Source: Cladosporium halotolerans (taxonomy: Eukaryota). Taken from it: DNA of 64,000 bases. A model generated the notes under the pieces. It did no database searches and was not told the origin of the DNA. It was given only the letters and a program-made list of their open reading frames with translations. Each line of letters starts with the position of its first letter. Positions within the stretch are counted from its first letter, which is position 1. Of this stretch, positions 12,894 through 25,353 are shown in pieces. Both the position numbers and the translations under genes were made by a program. Location of the stretch: assembly GCF_011745625.1 (NCBI RefSeq), contig NW_027191452.1, forward strand, positions 930,001-994,000. Direction: 5' to 3'.

Positions 12894-15800
12894 ATGCTCT
12901 TGCTCGCATGGCCACGCTTCCAGGCCGACCGTCTCGCAACATGGCCGACCGTCACGTGCCTGTTGGCTGTCCTGCTGTGGGCGACGCCAGGTCGTGGCAT
13001 GACCGATGACACGATCGCTCACCTTCGGTATGTCCTGCCAGAATGCCGTCCAGGTCGAGGGTGTAACAAAGCGACTAACCCGGTGCGCCCCGCCCCAGAC
13101 AAGACACACGCGACCTGTTCTACCACGGTTACACGAATTACATGACCCATGCCTTCCCCGAGGACGAACTGAAACCCTTGTCCTGCAAGCCGCAGACGCG
13201 CAACAAGGAAAACCTCGCAGATGTCGGACTGAACGATGTGCTGGGCAACTACAGCGTGACGCTGGTCGACTCGCTTTCAACCCTGGCCATCCTCGCGGCT
13301 GGAGACGATACGGCGGACGGGCAGTCTCCGCTGAGAGATTTTCAAGAGGGCGTCAAGGCTTTGGTGGAGCTATATGGAGACGGAGGAGAGAGGAAACGCT
13401 GCGGCACGAAGGCATGCGGGTTCGATCTGGACAGCAAGGTCCAGGTTTTTGAGACGAATATCCGCGGCGTCGGCGGACTGCTGTCCGCGCATTTGTTCGC
13501 GATTGGAGAGCTCCCCATCCGTGGGTATGAGCCCCGGTCGATATCCAGAGATGAAGCGGAAGTGGCAATCGATTGGGACGGCTGGGTATACGATGGACAA
13601 TTGTTGCGGCTTGCATATGATTTGGCTTCAAGGCTCCTGCCCGCTTTCAGCACGACCACGGGTCTGCCCTACCCGCGAGTCAATTTGAGGCACGGGATTC
13701 CTTTCTACCGTGACAGCGAGGACGGCGTCTGCAGGCTGGATGGCACGTCTTCGGATCCGCGCGAGATCACAGAGACCTGCGCCGCTGGCGCTGGAAGTCT
13801 TGTCCTGGAGTTTACCACGCTTTCGAGGCTGACGGGAGACGAGCGCTTTGAGAACCTGGCCAAGAGAGCATTCTGGGCTGTCTGGGAGCGTCGCAGCGGC
13901 ATCGGATTGATCGGAAACGGCATTGATGCTGAGAACGGGCAGTGGACTATGCCGCCTCTTGCTGGCATTGGAGCCGGCGTCGACAGCTTCTTTGAGTACG
14001 CGGTCAAATCTTCGATTTTGCTTTCGGGCCTGCCGTACGATCCTGCCGAGGACGGTGACAACGCGCCGGAGGCTTTCCTCCAGGCTTGGAATGAAGCGCA
14101 CGCCGCTGTGAGGCATCATGTTCTACGCCCTGTATCGGAGAAGCATCCTTTCTACGGCCAGGCGGATTTGGTTACTGGCGCGCCACGCTACAATTGGATC
14201 GACAACCTCAGCGCCTACTACCCTGGTCTGCTGACACTGGTTGGAGAACTTGATGAGGCGATCGAGGGCCATCTGCTATGGGCGGCCCTGTGGACTCGAT
14301 ATGCTGCATTACCGGAGCGCTGGCACACGCACAATGCGTTCATTGATCCCAATTTCAGACACTGGGCGGGTCGACCGGAATTTATCGAATCGACTTACTA
14401 TCTCTACCAAGCAACTAAGGATCCATTCTATCTTCACGTGGGCGAGATGGCTCTGCGTGACATTCGCCGGAGGTGCTGGACGCCGTGCGGATGGGCAGAC
14501 TTGGGAGACGTGATCAGTGGCGAGCAGAGGGACCGCATGGAGAGTTTCTTCCTGGGAGAGACGGCGAAGTATTTGTACCTGCTCTTCGAGGAGAGTCATC
14601 CGCTGAACCATATGGACGCGCCTGTGGTCTTCACGACGGAGGGTCACCCAATGATCATACCATCGAGGCTACGACGTGCTCCCACTCCAAACCCACCAAG
14701 AGCGACAAGGACGCAACGAGCGAACGAGCACACACTGAAAGCTCCCGCGGCAACATGCCCTTCAATCAACGCACTTCATCCATTTTCCGGCAGCAGCATT
14801 GTCGATCGTCCGGACTTCTTCCACGCTGCTGCCATGGCGCAGCTTCACCTAGTACCAGTCGAGGCTTCACGACCATCTTCCCTGCATGAGGCTGCGATCG
14901 ACTCCCCTAGGGTCACAATCGAGGATATCCGTAGTCCCACCAACTACACCTACTATCCCTGGACTCTGCCTCAGAGTCTGGTCCCAAGCAATGGTTTCAG
15001 CGCGGAAATCAATAGCCCTATCCTGAGCACCCTCACCTTCCCCAATCTGGGCTCTGGCAAGGCTGGTGAGGACAAAGGACTACTGCCCCTCGGTGCGCTT
15101 CACAAAGTCCTGGAGGGCGTTGTCATCAATTCGCTGTCCAACATGCGTCTAAGCATGGTCCAAGAGCCCAAATCCCTTCTCCTGCCGGATGGTCAAGGTG
15201 TGTTAGTAGAGATGGAGGTGGGCCCGCAGTATCGCGTGCATGGCATCGCCAACTGGCCGCTTGGAAAAGATGAGAAGGTCTTGCTAGCCAAGGAGGCTAT
15301 GGAAGGCGTGGCTCCTAGCGATCCCAACTTCAAGCGCGTGAAGGATCTCGAGTTCATTGATTTGGTCATTGACTTCTACCCGCCACCTCCTGAATCGATC
15401 ACGCTCAGTGAAGACGGCTCGATTCTGGATGAGTTCGAGGTCGACGTCCCTGAGAATGGTTCCCTCGAGACTCTTTGGGAGGAGATTGAGTCCATGCTCA
15501 CCAACATGCTCCCTGGCGAGGCAACATCGCATCCTTCAATCACCCCTGCGACCAGCACTTCGCCTGGCATCTCTCGCACAGCCATCCCCGCCATCTTGCC
15601 CACAGGCCTTGGTGCAGCCGTCCTGCCAGCGCAACTCGATACAGTGGACCCGACGACGCTCGCGACAGGCGCCCTCCCGAACAACAAGATCTATTTCCTC
15701 GACTCGACATTATGCTCCCACCGCCTCCCAGCATCTGTTGCCAAGGAACACCACATCCTGATCATCCGCCGAGGCGAATGCTCCTTCAACGAGAAGCTCG

Positions 15801-16189
15801 CCAACATCCCGGCCTACGCTCCGAGCAACCACGCGCTCCAGCTCGTAGTTGTCGTGTCCATGCCGGGCGACGAGACGCAAGCGCAGTTCGGCGATCAGCT
15901 CGTGCGGCCTTTGCTCGAGGAACGACAGATGACTCCGGCTGGGAATGAGCGCAGGCACGGAATTGCCATGACGATGGTCGAGGGGTCCGCGGATACGATA
16001 GCTGCGCTGCGCGATGCGGCGAGCGTCCTCGCTCATTTCGATGAGGCTGGAGAGGTCGTGGAGAGCGTCGTATCTCGCGCTGGTGATGGTTCTAAGGGAG
16101 GCAAGAAGCTGAGACCGGGTGTCGGGGTGAAGAGGAGATATTGGTTCGAGAGCATGGGAGTGCCGATTGCGAACCTCATTGCCTTGTAA
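12894..16189 (+). CDS. MNL1: EDEM/Mnl1(Htm1)-like GH47 ER alpha-1,2-mannosidase with C-terminal PA-like domain
   Basis: Hydrophobic leader, then intron 13028-13098 gives ..LR/QDTRDLFYHGYTNYMTHAFPEDEL. GH47 motifs FETNIR, DSFFEY, RPEFIES, MESFFLGETAKY, TTEGH; PA motif IRRGECSFNEK. Confidence 0.92.
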
Positions 16190-17283
16190 TCGTCCCAGGA
16201 GGTCTTGTGTTCTTTGTTCATAACTTATATACCCGACGATTTGATCCGTTGCATTTCCATGACCGTCGCTCTATTGAACCTGTTTCTGGCTCACTGATTT
16301 GATCTCATCGCATCCCAAGCACGCAGCAGGTCGGTAATGTTACCTAGCATGTGACACAACGATCACGACCTTCCTGTGAGTGAGCCTCAGGACCTCGCGC
16401 TTGCCTGAGGCTGTTGCCAAGCTCTGGGCCCGTGCCCTCTCCGCGCTTTCTATAAGAGCCTGGCTCCCAGCGCGATCTCTCTCCCTTTCCTTTCCTCATA
16501 CTTACCTTGGGATGTCGCGGGCGATCACGAATGCCCGTTAGGCCGCCGGAACCTCCTGCATTGCACAGCGCGGCGAGGTTCCGGCGATAGTTGGCTTCGG
16601 CCACCTATATCTCGCAATTTTTGATGTCTACCAACAAGCCACTGTTTTCATCAGCGCTTTCGTCCTTTGCCGACGGAAGCTTGGAGAAGACACTCACACC
16701 TGGCCCCAAACAAGCATGTCCGTCGTCACGTCTCGTCACTCGCACGTTATTGAACTCAATCTGCCAATGTATAATGTGTCGCGTAGGCAACTGATATACC
16801 TTACACGTGCACGGTCTGCTGTCACCAAATCATGAGTTGAAGCAGATTTCGGACCATGTTCCCAGTGATCAAGTCACAGTGGACCATGTAAGGTATCACA
16901 AGGAATCTCTAACACAAGCAAGGTACTAGATGCCGCTACCTTACATCATCGTCATGATGTTACCTTACCCCCTGCTGAGAGAGATTGGTCTCTTTAATCG
17001 TCGGAAGCGGGAAGCGAACCGGGTCCATGAGGCTAACCAAAGCGTGAACCCTGTCAACAACCGTCATCACATTGCCGCTCCCTGCTCGCGCATACGTCCC
17101 ACTCACACGCGGCACGGCGGTCTTGAGGTCACGCTCCACCCGCCTATCGAATGTCTTGTTGAGCGTGTACAGTGCACTGCTTTTTCCCTTTGTTTCCCAC
17201 GTTCCTTGCCTTCTCGTAGTTTGTGTACATATGTTTCAGTTCGATACGCGTGAACAACGACCGCCACAAACAGACACCTCGCC

Positions 17284-19534
17284 ATGCCGCGAGACATGAG
17301 CTGGCTCAGCCCCAAACGGCGGCGAACCACGACCGCCGTACCGACCGTGCAGAATGCGCGCAAAACCGCAGGTGAAGACGACGAACCCCTGAGTCCTACG
17401 CCACGATACGCAAGTCCAAAACCCGTCCTTCCACCATCGAGTCCGTCACAACGGCCATCACGGACCTTTTCGCCCGCCTCGTCAACGAGCGCGGCGCATG
17501 CGCCCAGCGGCGAAGGCAACCTATTCTATGCGTACGCGCGACGGGTATGATCGTGATAATCAAGGAACTCATTCAGCGCGCGGCTCTGACTTCGAATAGG
17601 CTGACGAGCTTCACTCCCGCTACCTCTTGACTTTCGCATCAGCGTCAGTCGCGAACGAATGGTGGTCCCTCGTGCAAACACATTTCCCCGATTCCACACG
17701 CCCCGGACCGCAACTGTTCTCGTTCAAGGCGGATGACTTGCTCAGTAAAGCTTGGAAACATGCCGCACTTGAACATCTCAGGCCGAAATGGATGTACACA
17801 TCGTTCGACGACTCTGCCGGAGGCGCAATTCAAGGAATCATTCCTGTACAGGATGCACGAGGGAGTATTCTGGGCGGCGCTGGCAGCAGCTCAGAGAACC
17901 AGAGCAAGCGAGAAGCAAAGAAACAGGTGAAGGAAGGAAGCATGCTGGAGGAAAGGTTCGAAAAGATGATGGAAGCCGTTGAGAAGAACACCGAGCAGAT
18001 CGCTGCGCTGACGGAATCGAGGCAAAACGGAGGATACATTATCACTCCTGGTAAACCTGAGCGTGCGAGCGAGCACGAGGATCAGTTCAGCACTTCTGAG
18101 TTGACAAGCCACCTTGGGCGTATATCGCAACTCTTGGAGCAAAATTCTGCGCACGTCGCAAAGCTCGCTGAGCGACAGGTGGAGAATGAGGAGAAAATGC
18201 GCACGATGCTCGAGAGCCAGCAGGCGCAGAAGGAGACGGAGCAACCGAGCATGGCGCAGTTGACTTCCCACCTAGACCGCATACAGAGGCTTATGGAACG
18301 CAACACACATGGACGGAAAGACAGCGCACGCGACATACGCACCTCGCCTCAGAGGATTGACCTGACGCCGCTCACATTCTGGTTGGAGAAGGTTCTTGGG
18401 GCTGTGGAACAGAACTCGGATCTCGTCAGAGAGTTGCTCGAGGCACGGAATGACTCTACACAAGCACTCCCTGCTCAGCAAGTTGAATTGGACCTTTCAC
18501 CACTTTCTCAACGCTTGGACGACCTGCTCGATGCGCAGGAAGCCAAGGCAGCGCGGGATCAAGAGGCAAATGTGCAGATGGCCCAACGACTCGACAAGAT
18601 TGCGGACACACATAACAAAGCCGTAGAGCGGGGCCCATTCGACGTATCTCTACTCTCGCAGAGGCTCGACGAGATTCTGAGCGTCCACCGCGATGCTGCT
18701 ACCACTCCTCTTGTCGCCAAGTTAGACGAGGTAGCAGAGGCGCACAAAGAAGCAATGGACTTTTCGCCTATAACAGATCAATTGGAGGAGCTCGGGACTG
18801 AAGTCGCGGTATTGAGAGAGGCGCTAGACTTCTCCACCCTGGTCGATCCCTTAGAGGCCATTCGCAATTCGAACGAGCAGAACAGCGAGCATCTTGTTAA
18901 CTTTGTCGAAGCGCATTACGCTCCCAGCCACGAAGCACACTCCCAACATTTCGAGACTGTTATCGAACAGCTGGAAGCCCTTCGCACGACAACCGAGCAC
19001 AACAGCGGCATCATGACTGACCTGCTCGAATCGATAGCGACGACTCGTCCCGCGTCGTCTGAGGAGAGCACGTCGGCTTTGACACCTTTCGACGATCGAT
19101 CTAACGGCACGTCTGAGCAGCAGAGCGACGGGCCCGGCTTCGGCAACACCAAATTCATCATTTCGGCCCTCACTTCGCACCTCAGCAAAATTCAAGCAGT
19201 CGCCGAATCCAATGCCAATGCTGTACGCTCCACGAGAGAAAGCAGTCAGGCTTTCCAGCGAAGCATGTCTGGTGCTATCTCCGACACGTCGCAAAGTATT
19301 CGCACTCTTGCAGCAAAGCACAAAGACTTGAGTTCGCAGGTGGCAGTGAGAGAGGGTTTGGTGAGGGAGGTGGTAAGGTCGCAAGCAGAAATGGTCGAGT
19401 GCGTGCGGGAGCTGGCGCAAACGATCAAGGGACAAGAGAGGAACACCTGTAATCATGTTGTCGTCCCTCCGCCGAGGAAGACTAACCGCAAGGTTGTTGG
19501 GTTCGTGTACGATGTGAAGGAGGGCAAGGCTTAG
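17284..19534 (+). CDS. Fungal coiled-coil protein with short amphipathic repeats and a possible PH-like N-terminal segment
   Basis: Exon 1 17284-17544, intron 17545-17599 (GTATGA..CTGAC..TAG) in frame with ORF 17627..19534. Repeats LTSHL(G/D/S)(R/K)I x3 and L(S/T)PL..(R/K)LD. Confidence 0.8.
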
Positions 19535-20377
19535 AAAAAGTCATGATGATATCACGAAGGGATAATAACATATAGCCTGTGCTATGGTATATACGATCGA
19601 TGGATATAAAAACGCGCGCATGAATAATATCGCTAGAGCTGGGGTCTTTCTGTGATGTTTGCCATGTTCATTTCCTCCTTTTCGGACAAGACACCACATG
19701 CTCCCCGCCAAATGCTGATCGCAAGTCTCTGCTCCCCACTTGCTCAACGGCTGTTGTCCGAACCGCCTCCACACGCTAGATCTAGCGCGAGAGCGTGTTG
19801 ATCATAAGCTCTCGTCGTGCATCGAGACCCTTGTGAAAGATACATTCTTGATACCGACGATCGCATCGAGTGCTCAAACATTGCTTTTTGCTCTGAGAGA
19901 TCGGCCGAAGCATCATTCTCACCGCACGTTGGCCAGACACGACATGTCACGTGCAGAAACGATGTCTCGGCGCGGTGAGCGCATCATCAAGTTATTGAAC
20001 TATACGAGCAACGTTTTATTGGTCTACCTCCGCCTGTTGTGCTCCCCTTTGCCGTGCAGCCCGACGCTCATCCTCAGCTGAGCCCGGGACTTGCAGGTTG
20101 CACCGCTTGTCTTACATGCATCTATATCGAAGCCTCCCGTGTCCCGGACCTATTCACTGCTCAATGTTTCCGCTCACCGTGAAACCTCTGCCCTTCCGCC
20201 GCTCCACGACGATAAGTCGACCGCCACTCCCACCCCGGCTTACGGCGAACTCTCGCGACCAACAATCCCTGCTCCTCGCTTCTAGTCGTTTCACCTCCAG
20301 CCAGCCGCGCGCACCCGTCTGCCGCCAGCCCCGGCGGTGATCACCTGGCAGTCGGAGGCTTCTCGAGCGACAGAGAG

Positions 20378-23300
20378 ATGCCTGTATCAACGTTCTCGCA
20401 TGGCAGCGCCGCCTTGCGCACCGAGAGTGCGCGCAGTGAGATCGTCTCTCGCTGGCAATCCACCCGCGAGCGCATACTGATAGACGAGCGCCGGGTGAGA
20501 GAGTGCGAGATCCAAGAGATGGACGGGACGGGCTTACACGAGCGGGGCGACTGGCCCATGCGGCCACCGAGTACTAGTCCGCCGATTGAGGGCAACAATG
20601 GGCAAGAGATCGCCGCTGGAATGCAGTGGTGTGAAGGCAGCCATCACATAACGGATGTCACGGCGGAGAGGGAGCCCGAAGTCCAATGGGTCGTAGAGCA
20701 GGACGAGAGCGAAGAACACCGGCGACTACAGGCACTGAGCGGAAATGGCGTTACCGAGCGTGGACGAGCAACGCTCATGCCCGTAAGAGAAGAGGAAGAA
20801 AGTCATCCACCGCGAGAGAGCAGGCTGAAAGGTCAAGACAGTGCGACGTCTGTTGCTACATCAGATGTTGGCGAGACAGCCTTGATTGATCGTCAGCAAG
20901 AACAACAACGTAATCGGGAGCAGGCAGGCAGCCGGTTATCTGTTGACGAGTACATGCAACGACATTCATCATCGCCATCACCGTCGCCCTCCGACATTTC
21001 GAACGATAACTATCAGTCCTCGCCATTTGGTCAGAGCATCCCGGCAGCAGCATCAGAACTAGGTCAAACGAACGGGAACCCAGCCGATCGATTGACGCCT
21101 GATAACAGTCAACGAACATCACCTGTGTTCAACGGCAGCAATGCGCCTTCCACTCTCCACATCAGGCAGAACTCTATCGCGAAATCGTCACCACTTGAGG
21201 GAAACTCACGAGCATCATCGGCATGCAACACATATCCTGCACTTCAGACGACCCAGAACAAAGACCGCATCAGGTACAGTTGGCAATCCTCGCAAGACGA
21301 TGAGCCTAATCGACCGCGTATCAATGTCATAAAGCTTGTTTCGAACACCGTCACCTCTAGTGCAGGATTTCCGCAAGGAGAAGCTTTCGGGTTCTCAACA
21401 TCTCCGCGTGGACGAAGAATCGCGGTCTTCAATTCGGCTAGGTTGTACATTCTGCAGACTGCGGCGTTGCCCGTCGGAATCAGTCAGGACTACGCTTTGA
21501 AAAGAAGGCCCCTAGCAGTCGAGGTCCTCGATGATGGCACTTGCCTTGCTATCCTGGCCGATCCTCACACGGTGAATGTCTACGATCTTTCTCATCATCG
21601 GCTACGCCGGTCAAAAACGATCAAGCTGGATTTTCCCACCAGCTGCATTGCTTTGGCACCTACGGGAGGCTTGATAGCAGCAGCTTACGACGGAGGTGTA
21701 GAGATCTTTTCACTTGACCCCGCTGCCTTACCTACAGACCGTCGGGCGGTGAGATCGCAGCGGATGGATCGGCTCAGCTTCTCGCAGGATGGATCGACTT
21801 TGTTGGGAACAACAACCAGGATCAATGCCTCCTCAAGTGTCGTCGTAAACGTTCCCGTGTTTCCTACTTCACCTGACGGAGTACCGACAAGCGGGGAGTT
21901 GAAGGAAGCCTGGTGCTCTGAGCTCCTGCACCCAGAAAACATTCGAAACAGCAGTCACGCTACTTTCATGAGAGACAACAAGACCACATGCAATGATCGC
22001 TTGTTCGCGTGGAATGGCATTGCGGACACATTCGGACTCCTCGATACGAACGACCTTCAATACGGCCGAGTTGACTTTCCAATCGTCGTCTCACCCCCTC
22101 TGTCCACTTGTGGTGGCCTTGGAGCTGCTATCCACTCGTGTCCAACTGTGGATGAGCAGGGCGATACTGTCGCCATGATCGTCAACGATCGAACTATCAG
22201 GCTGTACATCGTGCCGCATAAAGCCGCAGAGAGCGATGTCAGCATTGAAGCACACAGTATTGACCATGAGCTCGACGAGGGCTACGGCTGTCCCTTCAGT
22301 GAGGTTAGATGGGTTTATTCCGAAGCTGGACAGTCAACTTCGCTGGGTAATCATGCTCACGTGCAGGGTCGTCTGCTCGTGACAAGCCCGGGTAGTTTCG
22401 GAGATGCCGGCTCTCCAGAAGAGTTCACTCAGGATGTCGAAGCTGGCAGGATCATCCTATTCGATTTCGATCCACAATTTGCCGGCCGCGCTGGACAGAC
22501 CTTCTCTCTGACTCTAGGCAAATCGCCTCCGCAGATGCTGGAAGAGCCTCAGATCGACGTTGCGGATGAAGTCGCTCTGGTCCGCCGAAGGACTGTCAAT
22601 CAAAGCAAAGGCAGCATTCTCAGCCAACGTCCCGTCACTTTGGGAAGAGCTGCGACAACCTTCAATTCAACACGCAATGGTTTACGATCTGCAAGCCCTG
22701 CTCTCCTACGACGACCGAGTTCTTTCTCTTCTGGGCCTGCAAGCCACCCAGATGCCGCTCGATCTTTACCAGACCTGATGGAGACGAACGAAGCCAATGA
22801 TGCCAGAGCGGCAATGGAGGAACCCTTTTCAAATACTGCGCCACGATCTCAGGCCTCCTTACAGAGAGCAGCAAGCAATGCGCAGCGTCATCGTTTCCAG
22901 GCATTGGAGGAGCGAGTTCATGAGCGCATGAGCATCGACAGCACCAATGCATTCTTCCCTCTGCCGGAATATACTGAAGAGCCCAATGCCCCATTACCTA
23001 GCCGCTTTCGCGTTATGGCTGGCCTTGATGCTCCCGTTCGGTCAACGCCTAAGCCTGCTGTTGTGACAAGACAGAATGCAGGCCACGCCCCCGGACCTGC
23101 AAGTGCACCTGTGTCTGAGAATTTCAGTGCAGACCGCGCATTTGCTTCAGCCATGGCTCCATCCCGCAATTCGTACGAGACAAACAGGAGCTTCTACGCA
23201 GGCCATATGCCCCGTGGATTGCAGAGAGCTTATAGCAATGCAGCAAGTCGGGTTGGTGCAGGACCAGTACCCAGACTAATCGGCGACTGGGAGAATGTCA

Positions 23301-23995
23301 GCCCTGTCATTCCGCCCGCCCATCGCGGCTTTCCACCTACATCTACTGACGCCATCACTCAGTCGAACTCATCACGAGTCTCGCAAGAAGAACAGGATTA
23401 TACTGTTGCTTCTGGTCAGAATGGCCGGTATCGTTACAGCACCTCTCTCCTGAATCCGCCAGGCCACCAGCAACCTGACCGCTCTTTGGAATCCGTCCCT
23501 TTCTACGACGCTCTAAGAGCCACTCCAACCCTCCCACCTCAACAATTCACAAATTTCGCCACGAATCGCCGCCTACCACCGCATATTCAAGCTTTCCGCG
23601 AAGCAGCGGCCGCCCAGGGCTCCTCTTCCCTCTTTCCCACCACTCAGCCAACAGATCAGGTACCTCACCGCCAGATCGAGCCAGCTAGTACTGTGCCACA
23701 CCCAGTGACGGCGTGGCATCCCCCTGCTCCATCCGAGCCGGCTGCTCCGGCGCCTTCCATTCCTCGCGCTGGTGGGAGGAACCCGACCAATGGACACAAT
23801 CGTCGATCGAGCCAGAACGGCAAAATGGGCTTCCCAAGTGTGATCAAAGCAAGAAAACTCGGGCTCTTTAAACGCAAGAGGGTTGCTGGAGACGAACTGC
23901 CCCCGTACGATGCCGGTGAGGACGAATCCCATCAGAAAGTTGTGAGTTGGATGGCGGGCAGGAAGCAGAAAGAGGGCGGGTGCGTGGTGATGTAA
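20378..23995 (+). CDS. Fungal WD40-like beta-propeller protein with disordered termini and C-terminal CAAX
   Basis: 1205-aa single ORF. Beta-strand repeats (FSTSPRGRRIAVF, ALAPTGGLIAAAY, SFSQDGSTLLG); ends GRKQKEGGCVVM. Confidence 0.85.
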   Translation: MPVSTFSHGSAALRTESARSEIVSRWQSTRERILIDERRVRECEIQEMDGTGLHERGDWPMRPPSTSPPIEGNNGQEIAAGMQWCEGSHHITDVTAEREPEVQWVVEQDESEEHRRLQALSGNGVTERGRATLMPVREEEESHPPRESRLKGQDSATSVATSDVGETALIDRQQEQQRNREQAGSRLSVDEYMQRHSSSPSPSPSDISNDNYQSSPFGQSIPAAASELGQTNGNPADRLTPDNSQRTSPVFNGSNAPSTLHIRQNSIAKSSPLEGNSRASSACNTYPALQTTQNKDRIRYSWQSSQDDEPNRPRINVIKLVSNTVTSSAGFPQGEAFGFSTSPRGRRIAVFNSARLYILQTAALPVGISQDYALKRRPLAVEVLDDGTCLAILADPHTVNVYDLSHHRLRRSKTIKLDFPTSCIALAPTGGLIAAAYDGGVEIFSLDPAALPTDRRAVRSQRMDRLSFSQDGSTLLGTTTRINASSSVVVNVPVFPTSPDGVPTSGELKEAWCSELLHPENIRNSSHATFMRDNKTTCNDRLFAWNGIADTFGLLDTNDLQYGRVDFPIVVSPPLSTCGGLGAAIHSCPTVDEQGDTVAMIVNDRTIRLYIVPHKAAESDVSIEAHSIDHELDEGYGCPFSEVRWVYSEAGQSTSLGNHAHVQGRLLVTSPGSFGDAGSPEEFTQDVEAGRIILFDFDPQFAGRAGQTFSLTLGKSPPQMLEEPQIDVADEVALVRRRTVNQSKGSILSQRPVTLGRAATTFNSTRNGLRSASPALLRRPSSFSSGPASHPDAARSLPDLMETNEANDARAAMEEPFSNTAPRSQASLQRAASNAQRHRFQALEERVHERMSIDSTNAFFPLPEYTEEPNAPLPSRFRVMAGLDAPVRSTPKPAVVTRQNAGHAPGPASAPVSENFSADRAFASAMAPSRNSYETNRSFYAGHMPRGLQRAYSNAASRVGAGPVPRLIGDWENVSPVIPPAHRGFPPTSTDAITQSNSSRVSQEEQDYTVASGQNGRYRYSTSLLNPPGHQQPDRSLESVPFYDALRATPTLPPQQFTNFATNRRLPPHIQAFREAAAAQGSSSLFPTTQPTDQVPHRQIEPASTVPHPVTAWHPPAPSEPAAPAPSIPRAGGRNPTNGHNRRSSQNGKMGFPSVIKARKLGLFKRKRVAGDELPPYDAGEDESHQKVVSWMAGRKQKEGGCVVM

Positions 23996-25353
23996 AGGAT
24001 CGCTTTTGATGCTCTCGTCCCTTCATTTTTTATTTTATTTTTCTTGGTCTGTTTCGATCGTTTCCTTTGTTCGCATCGTTCGGCCGACGAGCTCTGGGTC
24101 TGCGCCCGAACCATGCATTGATCAGCAAAGCCCGTCGGCTTCATTAGAGATACCCTTGATAAATCGGCGCTGCATATCAAATTAAGACTCACAATCTTTC
24201 GAACTTTCTCAACGATCATATGTGTTAAGGCCGCATTTGACGAAGACATGATAGTGCCATCCATGTGAGAATACGTGGAAATGTTGAAGTGTTTCAACCT
24301 AATGGAGTCGTGTTCTTTTGGGATAATGAAGCATTTGGTGTTGCAATTGTCAATAGAGGAATGCTGGCGCGAGCATAGTTATGTCGTCGTCAAACTCTGA
24401 GACACTTGTGATTCCAAAGCCTAAGTGACGTCCCATGACACGAGAGTGACTGGCCAAAGCATCGACATGTTGTCGATACGATTCGAGGGTTACGCGACTC
24501 CGATGTACTGTATTTGTGACTAATGCTAAAGCCGCTGGTATGAGCACTTGACTGATAATCATTCGATAGCCTTCACAGGGAGACGGTGCTGTGTCGTGTG
24601 AAGGGAGGTCTTCGCGGCATCACAGTCATGCGATCCAGAAGCTTGGAGAGGCTGGTGATCCCAAGGCACAGATGCATTGGCACAACACTAGCATGTCTGG
24701 CGAGAGCACGGAGGCACTCTCGAACACACAGGAGGTAGCAGTTTTGTTCGTCTGGGGCGGAGCGAAATTGACTGTAACGTATGTCGTCGAAAGAAGCACA
24801 AGCAACGTGTTCGATGAGATGGAGTTTCGCTAACGCGGATTGTAAAGTGTCCCGACGCCTCGCAAGAATTCATGTCACAGGGGCCGTCGGCAGCAGCACC
24901 AGCTCACGGCGAGAAAAAATCGACTCAAGTCTGACCCAGATTAGAACAAGTGATGATTCACTGTCTGTTACCAAAAAATTGTACTGCTCACAGCGTCATT
25001 CATTACCTTATGGCTCAAGCATGCGAATGGAAGCCAACCCCAACCCTAACCCTATCAACCCCTAGATTATGGATGCCATGTGGCGGGAGGGGCTTCGACG
25101 CTAGACGCCTCGGCTGCCGGCAGTGGGTGGCGTCGCACGCTCGATGACGCGACTAACAGCTCGCATCGCAAGAGGCAGGTGGGAGCTTGATCGCAAATGA
25201 TTTGTAACGGCAAAGGGTAGATATACCTGTACGTTATTCTTGAGTCTGTTCTCAAATCACCTCCATCACACCACCACCTCATTTGTCACCGTGCCTCATA
25301 TAACACCGCGCCGTGTTCTATTGCTGCTGCTCACGCTTACCGGCGCCGCGGTA

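Noticed and set aside
24950..25060. Box C-like GTGATGA as a snoRNA
   Set aside because: No box D CTGA or terminal stem at a suitable distance.
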